Source: a virus. From it: a stretch of DNA of 64,000 nt. The notes below the pieces were generated by a model. That model was not told the origin of the DNA, did no database searches, and saw nothing but the letters and a program-made list of their open reading frames with translations. Position numbers and translations under genes: made by a program. Shown here in pieces: positions 57,914-64,000 of the stretch. Numbering within the stretch: position 1 is the stretch's first letter; every line of letters begins with the position of its first letter. Location of the stretch: IMG/VR virus record IMGVR_UViG_3300047666_001143, positions 12,219 to 76,218 of that record. One strand, written 5' to 3'.

Positions 57914-58786
57914 TTATAAATTTCTATACATATTTTCAAACTTATTCGTATTACGTCTATTATTATTGAGTAGTCTTGTAGACCATCCTACCATTCCTTT
58001 GGATATAGTATCACTCTTGCAATCTGCAAAGTACCCATCTCTAATTTGTGAAAAATATTGTAATTTATTTTGAATATTAACATCATCTTCTGATAACCAT
58101 AAATCTTCTAAAACTTTGCAAACGACAAAGTAAATTATATAATTTTGCAATGTATCTCTTGATGTACTTGGAATAACTAAATCTCCTTTTTCATCTATCG
58201 GCATTCCTTTATACCACAGCCAAATAAACCCATCATTGAAATTAGTACTTATGTAATTGTGATTTTCATCAATGGATATGTTGAATTCACTATCATTTGT
58301 TAAATTTAAGGCATCCTCTGTACATCTAACTTTGTATACATGGGGTTTTAAATTTAAAAGTTTTGGTTGTCTGTAGTAAAACTTGTATGATTTTTTGGGT
58401 ATTTCAAAATAAAGTGTTTCAGTTATATACTTGCTATCTTCATCTTCCAAACAAGGTCTACCTTCTATATAATTATAGTAGTCGTTTATATCTGTCCATT
58501 CTAAATAAGATATTCTTTGTTGTATATGTTTTTCTACTTTTTCTTCTACATAACCTTCTTGCTCACATTTAACTGCTCCCTTTAATGCCCAGAAATTATC
58601 TGGTAATTTAGCTCTGCCTTTTTCGACTATAATTGCAGTTTGATATTCATACATCAAATTGCCTCCAAATTGTTTCAAGGTTTCCTTTATCCAATTATTA
58701 ATTGAAATTTCGTCAAGTAGCCCCTGCTGTGCATAATTTTTTAATTTATTTTTTATTTCAGCAATTAATTGTTTTCTTGTAAGCAT
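57914..58786 (-). CDS. tail tubular/ring protein (crAss Ttub-like)
   Basis: AKLPDNF, TNFNDG.I.L.Y.GMP.DE.G...IP; gene order. Confidence 0.65.
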   Translation of the reverse strand: MLTRKQLIAEIKNKLKNYAQQGLLDEISINNWIKETLKQFGGNLMYEYQTAIIVEKGRAKLPDNFWALKGAVKCEQEGYVEEKVEKHIQQRISYLEWTDINDYYNYIEGRPCLEDEDSKYITETLYFEIPKKSYKFYYRQPKLLNLKPHVYKVRCTEDALNLTNDSEFNISIDENHNYISTNFNDGFIWLWYKGMPIDEKGDLVIPSTSRDTLQNYIIYFVVCKVLEDLWLSEDDVNIQNKLQYFSQIRDGYFADCKSDTISKGMVGWSTRLLNNNRRNTNKFENMYRNL

Positions 58787-59253
58787 TAGAGTTTATTTTT
58801 TAATAAGATTGGCAAGATAAAATAGTATTTAGGTACAAACTTATCGATTATTTCTTTTAACTTACTTTTATAACCCTCTACATAGCACCCATCAAAAGAC
58901 CAACATAAATGATTGAAACGTTTAAATAAGTTGCAAAATATAGGAGAGTATATATCTCCATCAGTGTGGAAATTTGTTTTTATCTTTCCTCCATATAATT
59001 CTACAAAAGGTCTATTATCTATAATTTGAGGTATCAAATAAAAAAAGTCTTTAGCATACACTCCACTTTCGTATTCCATAGAGGCATCTGCTACTTTACT
59101 CCATATCTTTCTTGCGATTCTACGGTAATCTGTGTAGTAATTAAATTTTTTTGGGTCTCTTATTTTGGAAGTTAATCTATAATCTTTGTATGCTTCTTTT
59201 CCAACTATAGATACCCCTACATGCACTGGTTTATATTTTGGTAGGATTCTCAT
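58786..59253 (-). CDS. crAss-like IHF-like protein
   Basis: Y..Y...NFHTDG.IY; position between ring and tubular genes. Confidence 0.5.
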   Translation of the reverse strand: MRILPKYKPVHVGVSIVGKEAYKDYRLTSKIRDPKKFNYYTDYRRIARKIWSKVADASMEYESGVYAKDFFYLIPQIIDNRPFVELYGGKIKTNFHTDGDIYSPIFCNLFKRFNHLCWSFDGCYVEGYKSKLKEIIDKFVPKYYFILPILLKNKL

Positions 59254-59254
59254 A

Positions 59255-59929
59255 TTATTTGTCGTTAGAATTTAGATTGGGTTTTTCGTCCGTGGAAATT
59301 CCTTTTGGCATGGAGACTTGTTGTAGCGTATACCCTATTATATCCTCTAGTAAACTATCGGGGGCAATAAAATCGTACTCCCAAGCCGATTTGCAATTTT
59401 CTGTGCAACTAGAAAAGTTATCTAGTTCATACTGATCTATAGCTAATATAAGCCCTGATAGGACTTCAATTTCTTGTGTTATATATATATAGCCATCCAG
59501 TATATAAAACCTGTCAGATATGTTATTTACACCATCTCTTTGAGAATCCAATCTTAATTGGTACAAGGTACTTTCTGTGAATACTGTGAAAATTCTATCT
59601 ATAGAATACAATTCTTTTATACTAGATCCGTACCTGGTAAATACTAAGCCTAATTCTTTTAAAGTTTTTTTTGATTTGTATAAAGTTTTACAAGATTTAA
59701 ATTCTACATACTTACATTCAAAAATATTTTTAGGTTCAAATTCTATACAGGCAACTTCTTTGTACAAAGATAAATCTCTGTCTATAGATCTAGTTTGTAT
59801 TTTTTGAGTTATAAACTTAGTAGCTATGGTGTTACCTACACTTAATATGTACCTATCACTTATATAATCATCTTTACTTAACATCTTAAGCTGATTAGAT
59901 ACTCTTGATACAAATTCTTTATTTTTCAT
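59255..59929 (-). CDS. tail ring/adaptor protein
   Basis: D..ISDRYI, FYILDGYIY, C.SAW..DF..P; gene order. Confidence 0.6.
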   Translation of the reverse strand: MKNKEFVSRVSNQLKMLSKDDYISDRYILSVGNTIATKFITQKIQTRSIDRDLSLYKEVACIEFEPKNIFECKYVEFKSCKTLYKSKKTLKELGLVFTRYGSSIKELYSIDRIFTVFTESTLYQLRLDSQRDGVNNISDRFYILDGYIYITQEIEVLSGLILAIDQYELDNFSSCTENCKSAWEYDFIAPDSLLEDIIGYTLQQVSMPKGISTDEKPNLNSNDK

Positions 59930-59933
59930 TTTA

Positions 59934-59973
59934 CAAATGTATGAATTTATTTATTATATTAAAAAAATGTTAA
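59934..59973 (-). promoter_or_regulatory. promoter with TTAA-N7-TTAA, leaderless start
   Basis: Motif 59959-59973; TACATTTG 59941-59934; ATG 4 nt later (59929). Confidence 0.7.
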
Positions 59974-59987
59974 AATTAATGTTATTA

Positions 59988-60026
59988 AACTAAAAGAAGG
60001 AAGCACTATTATAGTAACTTCCTTCT
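59988..60026 (-). terminator. intrinsic terminator after the endolysin
   Basis: Stem AGAAGGAAG/CTTCCTTCT with a T-tract on the - strand. Confidence 0.75.
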
Positions 60027-60056
60027 ACAGAGAAAAAACAAATTCTTTTATCTACT

Positions 60057-60674
60057 TTATATATATTTTAAATATTTTATAATTCCATTAGAAATACTTA
60101 GTGCTAATCTATCTTGGAAACTTTCTGATTTTAGTAATTTAGCATCCTCTATATTGTCAAAGAATAGGCTTTCTATTAATACCATCGGGCATAACGTTTT
60201 TCTTAATATATAAAATTGATTTTCTTTATCTAAATCTCCATCAACATAGTCTGGTCTAAAGTTATCATCAGGGAATTCTTCAATAATTTCTTTTCCTATG
60301 TAAGTAGCAATTATGTCACTTTCAGTTTCTCCTTTGCTTGTAAAAATTTCAAAACCTCTTGCGTTATGACTAAGAGAAGCATTACTATGAAAAGATATCC
60401 CAATAGTTTTCTTAGGATTAAAATAGTTAATTATTTCCACTCTTTCCTCAAGAGGCATATCGACACTTTCTTCTGGAAAAAAAATATAAGAAGGGCAATA
60501 ACCTAATTCAGATAGGTTATTGAAAACTTTTTTACCTATTTGTCTATTTATAACTCCCTCGCAAATAACTTCTCCATTAGGAAAGGTAAACATTTTATCG
60601 GGTGCTGTAGTATATTTTCCATTAGAATCTAATCCACCATGACCCATATCTACAAGTATGTTATAATTTTTCAT
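60057..60674 (-). CDS. N-acetylmuramoyl-L-alanine amidase (Amidase_3) endolysin
   Basis: DMGHGG, EG..N, ISFHSNA, LIESLFFDN. Confidence 0.9.
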   Translation of the reverse strand: MKNYNILVDMGHGGLDSNGKYTTAPDKMFTFPNGEVICEGVINRQIGKKVFNNLSELGYCPSYIFFPEESVDMPLEERVEIINYFNPKKTIGISFHSNASLSHNARGFEIFTSKGETESDIIATYIGKEIIEEFPDDNFRPDYVDGDLDKENQFYILRKTLCPMVLIESLFFDNIEDAKLLKSESFQDRLALSISNGIIKYLKYI

Positions 60675-60682
60675 GTACTATT

Positions 60683-61234
60683 TTAAATTCCTGATTTTAA
60701 TGATTTGTATTTTTTAAATATTTTTGAAAAAATTGCCGTTACATCAAAACCCATTTTTTTAAAGTTTTCGAAAACAATAGAATAAATTTCTATAAGGCAA
60801 CAAAGTAAAATTGCAATTATAGATATTTTTAATTTTGCTTCTGAAAAACTCAGATCAAAGGATTTGATAAAAAACACACTCTCTATAATAAAAGCCAATA
60901 AAGTAAAAACCATGTAAAATATAAATTTAACCCCTGATAATTTCAGTTTTTCAGAAGAAATTAAATTAGATTCTTTTAATTTTTTCAAATCTTCGCCTGA
61001 CAATTCTTTTAATTGCTTTTTTCTTACAAAATAACTCCCACTAATACCACTAGCAAAATCTATAGCCATTAAAGTAAATAAAACTAATAAAGCTAATTTT
61101 ACGTCAATAACATTAGCTGTTACAACAATAGGTATTAATAATACTATTCCTTTTTTTGAAAAAATGATATTGGCAATTAACTTTGTTTTAAAAAAAAGCA
61201 TGAATATGAAGGCTATTAAGATTTTAGTTTTCAT
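60683..61234 (-). CDS. holin-like membrane protein (holin_4_1-like)
   Basis: IDFASGI...SEKLK.SG.K...IEIYSIVFENFKKMG; several TM segments; adjacent to the endolysin. Confidence 0.7.
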   Translation of the reverse strand: MKTKILIAFIFMLFFKTKLIANIIFSKKGIVLLIPIVVTANVIDVKLALLVLFTLMAIDFASGISGSYFVRKKQLKELSGEDLKKLKESNLISSEKLKLSGVKFIFYMVFTLLAFIIESVFFIKSFDLSFSEAKLKISIIAILLCCLIEIYSIVFENFKKMGFDVTAIFSKIFKKYKSLKSGI

Positions 61235-61610
61235 TATTAATTATTTTTTTTGAAAGTTTGGAATTAATTAAATCAGATATTTTGTGAAGGAAAAAACCGA
61301 TCCCGAACATTATCAAGTAAATAGAAGCTTGTATTTTTTCAGGAACAAAATCCCTTATAACTTTTTCATAGTCTCCAAAAAAGCGAACTAATATATACAT
61401 AAGTATAATTGAATAGATAAATTTTGCCCAATTTTTAGATTGTCGAATCCAAAAAACAATAGAGGGTCTATGTTCCTTGTCATTTCTTGACGAAACTTTC
61501 CTAAATACCCTTAAGAATATTCCCAGCGTCATTAATAATATTTGAAATTTCCATTGAGCCACGCTTAATTCACCAAGAAATAATTCTGTAAAAGTTTGTT
61601 CTTCTAACAT
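61224..61610 (-). CDS. membrane protein (3 TM), possible holin/antiholin
   Basis: Hydrophobic segments; located in the lysis cluster. Confidence 0.6.
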   Translation of the reverse strand: MLEEQTFTELFLGELSVAQWKFQILLMTLGIFLRVFRKVSSRNDKEHRPSIVFWIRQSKNWAKFIYSIILMYILVRFFGDYEKVIRDFVPEKIQASIYLIMFGIGFFLHKISDLINSKLSKKIINNEN

Positions 61611-61674
61611 GATTTTATTTTTTTAAAGTTGTTTTATTTAATAATTTATTATTGATTTGTATTTTAATTTTTTA

Positions 61675-61682
61675 CAAAGATA
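61675..61682 (-). promoter_or_regulatory. -7 box for the lysis genes
   Basis: TATCTTTG on the - strand in the intergenic region. Confidence 0.55.
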
Positions 61683-61728
61683 GTAATTTTTAACGTTCGG
61701 TATTTTTCAAGATTTTGTAAGTGGTGCT

Positions 61729-62064
61729 TTATAAATAGTATGATACTATTAACATTATCATATAAGGTAAGTATGAAGTCAGCAATGGTATTTCTGTTGC
61801 TAAAAAATCCAACCATTCTGCATTGCCTTTTCCATAATACCAATCGTGAATTACTTCTTTCCATGCGTTAAATGAAGTACCGACTAAAAAAACAAATGTT
61901 GCAGCACTAAATATAACCCAAACTAAAACTTCTATTGGTACAAAGAAGTAAAAAGCAACTCCAAATATTAAAGCTATTGGTGTGATAAAGAAGGCGTAAA
62001 TCTGCCCTAGAATTACATGGTCTTTTTTGTCGTCTTCTAAACTGTCTATAAATTTTTTAATCAT
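61729..62064 (-). CDS. membrane protein with DKxxH...KE..D...D motif
   Basis: DDKKDH, WKEVIHD, WLDFLAT; ATG 62064 preferred. Confidence 0.6.
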   Translation of the reverse strand: MIKKFIDSLEDDKKDHVILGQIYAFFITPIALIFGVAFYFFVPIEVLVWVIFSAATFVFLVGTSFNAWKEVIHDWYYGKGNAEWLDFLATEIPLLTSYLPYMIMLIVSYYL

Positions 62065-62065
62065 T

Positions 62066-64000
62066 TTATTTGTTTTTAAGCAATTCAATTTCTGCTTTTA
62101 ATTCTTGTATTGATTTAATTAACAAAGGCACAATTTTAGAATAATCAACCGCTTGCATTTCTTCTGCATCCTTTTCTCCAGTTACTGCGTTTGGCAAAAC
62201 AGCTTGTAATTCGTGAGCCATCACACCGTAACTTCTACTTTCATCTACTTTCCATTTATAGTCATAAACAGGTATATTAGAAATCATTTCAAGACCGTTA
62301 AAATCTTGTAAATCTTCTTTTAATCTGTAATCGGATGTAGTATTATAAGAAGTTGAAGAACCATTTGTTGAAATAGTGCCTACAAGTCCATTTGGGTTAT
62401 TAAATACAATTAAGGCTGCTGCCGTTGACCTTGAAGAAGCCATAAATAAAGTAGCTCTATCTGCACTATCATCAATAAAAGCACTACCATAAACAGATGT
62501 TCCGTTTGGTGTCGCTGTAGTTCCGAAATAAGTGTTTCCACTAAATATACCATCAGTTGCACTTACACTAGAAGCGAACTCTGTTGCTTGGTTTACCTTA
62601 AATAAACCAACATCAGCATTTAAAACTAAATCTGTGCCATTGTGTTGAAGGTAACCTAATCTAGTTCCAGCTGCGTTTTCCCATTGATAATAAGGTGAAA
62701 CTCCTTTTACAGTAATTATATTAGTTCCTTTTAAATTACCACTAAAATCACCATCCGTTGCACTTACACTACCTGTTAGCTCAAATTCTCCTGTATCATG
62801 AAAGTTTAAGCGAACATTTCCCAAAGCATCTTTCGCTTGAATTATGTATCTAGTTCCACTTGTTCCTCCTGCTTCAATAAACAAACCATCACCACTAGAA
62901 GATTGGTTTATAAACCGAGATATAAACTCTGTATCAACAGTATCAGTTACAAGTGTAGAACCAACTATCGATAAATCAGAATTAAAAGTTGAATGTCCTG
63001 TACCATCAAGAGTAAGAAGTTCAAGATTACCAGCTACAAGAGCTAATTTATCACTACCAACAGTAGATTCTCTAATCCCTATTATTTCAGATCCATTTGT
63101 TCTTTGTTTTTTAATTAACCAATCCGAATATGTGTCATGAGTTAATGTTATTGCTCCTGATAAATCCAATGTTGTTGCACTTACACTAGAAGTGAAGGTG
63201 GCTTCATTTGCAGATAAATTACCTGTTAATTCAAATTCTCCTGTATCGTAAAATTTTAGACGACTATTACCCAAAGCATCTAGTGCTTGAATTATATATC
63301 TCTCTCCAACAGTTCCACCAGCTTGTATTAAAAGTCCATGACCACTTGTAGAAGTGTTTTGAAAAAAGGATAGAAAATTAGTATCTAGGGATTTTGAAAC
63401 ATTCAATCTATTGTTTACATTAGTAATTCCAGAGAAGGTGGCTTCTCCTGAGTTAGCTATATCAAATAAAGAAGAACCATTTTTATCAACTCTAAAAGGT
63501 ATACCTGTTGAAGAAGCACCAATATTAACATATACTCCATGAGCATTAGTAGACCCTAAATTTTGAAATAGTCCTGACCAAGCTGAATTTTCATTTGTAT
63601 AAATTGAAAGCTTTTCTGCATTAACACTAGAAGCGAAGTCGGCTGATAAATCTGTAGCAATGTCAAAGGCTAATGAGCCATTATTCCAAAACTCCATATC
63701 GCCAGTATTTCTATCTACTTCGATGAAATTACTAACGTCTAAATTGTCGTGTCTAAAATATAACCTAGGGTTTGCTGCTGTGTTTTCAGTATCAATAAAA
63801 ATATTATTACTAAATATCCCATCCGTTGCTGATACACTAGATGCGAAGGTGGCTGATTGGTTGGATGCTAAAGTTAAAGCCTGTATATCATTAGTTTTAA
63901 AATTTATAGGTTGATTTTCCTTATTTCTTATCTCTAAAGCACCGCTAGTGCTTACAAAACCTATAAAAGTACCATCCGCACCTGTCTTTCCTGTTGTATC
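62066..64000 (-). CDS. tail fibre/spike with C-terminal S74 intramolecular chaperone (5'-truncated at window edge)
   Basis: Frame open from 64000; TSDYRLKE...Y.WK...GVMAHEL...VDYSKIVPLLIKSIQEL; repeated ATFASSVSAT linkers. Confidence 0.85.
   Translation of the reverse strand, partial: DTTGKTGADGTFIGFVSTSGALEIRNKENQPINFKTNDIQALTLASNQSATFASSVSATDGIFSNNIFIDTENTAANPRLYFRHDNLDVSNFIEVDRNTGDMEFWNNGSLAFDIATDLSADFASSVNAEKLSIYTNENSAWSGLFQNLGSTNAHGVYVNIGASSTGIPFRVDKNGSSLFDIANSGEATFSGITNVNNRLNVSKSLDTNFLSFFQNTSTSGHGLLIQAGGTVGERYIIQALDALGNSRLKFYDTGEFELTGNLSANEATFTSSVSATTLDLSGAITLTHDTYSDWLIKKQRTNGSEIIGIRESTVGSDKLALVAGNLELLTLDGTGHSTFNSDLSIVGSTLVTDTVDTEFISRFINQSSSGDGLFIEAGGTSGTRYIIQAKDALGNVRLNFHDTGEFELTGSVSATDGDFSGNLKGTNIITVKGVSPYYQWENAAGTRLGYLQHNGTDLVLNADVGLFKVNQATEFASSVSATDGIFSGNTYFGTTATPNGTSVYGSAFIDDSADRATLFMASSRSTAAALIVFNNPNGLVGTISTNGSSTSYNTTSDYRLKEDLQDFNGLEMISNIPVYDYKWKVDESRSYGVMAHELQAVLPNAVTGEKDAEEMQAVDYSKIVPLLIKSIQELKAEIELLKNK

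Noticed and set aside
29285-63914. Numerous + strand ORFs antisense to the structural genes (and - strand ORFs within the early arm)
   Set aside because: They are shadow frames of AT-rich coding sequence (Ser/Phe/Leu-rich), without promoters; only 47569-47898 has independent support.
1-64000. Stop-codon reassignment as in some crAss-like phages
   Set aside because: Standard-code ORFs tile both arms densely, including genes over 2000 aa; TAA, TAG and TGA all appear as real stops.
1-64000. tRNA, rRNA or CRISPR arrays
   Set aside because: No cloverleaf-like GC-rich stretch or regularly spaced repeat-spacer array was seen; intergenic gaps are short.
62066-64000. Diversity-generating retroelement targeting the tail fibre
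   Set aside because: The duplicated modules do not differ only at adenines and no reverse transcriptase is present in the window.

Overview
The window is about 64 kb of an AT-rich lytic phage genome infecting a Bacteroidota host (probably Flavobacteriaceae), with crAss-like gene organisation. Host evidence: TAnnTTTG promoters, no Shine-Dalgarno sequences, A/T-rich 'aattATG' starts. Bases 1-29,053 (+ strand) carry replication, nucleotide-metabolism and accessory genes: RNA ligase, DnaB-like helicase, family A DNA polymerase, Prim-Pol, ThyX, guanylate kinase-like, RNase H, a DNA methylase and a T5 A1-like phosphoesterase. Bases 29,122-64,000 (- strand) carry a tail fibre, lysis genes, ring/IHF-like/tubular/'muzzle' tail genes and very large cargo (ejection) proteins, none with an RNA polymerase DxDxD motif. 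The two arms meet at a double hairpin. The most unusual signals are: (1) a small array of integron attC-like inverted-repeat sites at 5.15-6.0 kb lying inside ORFs, so recombination would swap protein C-termini; (2) a TTAA-N7-TTAA operator at fixed distances from most promoters, leaderless starts, and a stand-alone RNAP alpha-CTD-like gene; (3) an ADP-ribosyltransferase-like domain in a giant cargo protein; (4) recurring [FYML]xxGG motifs in virion proteins; (5) a tail muzzle gene split at Cys-rich repeats. All product calls come from motif recognition by eye; no database searches were run.
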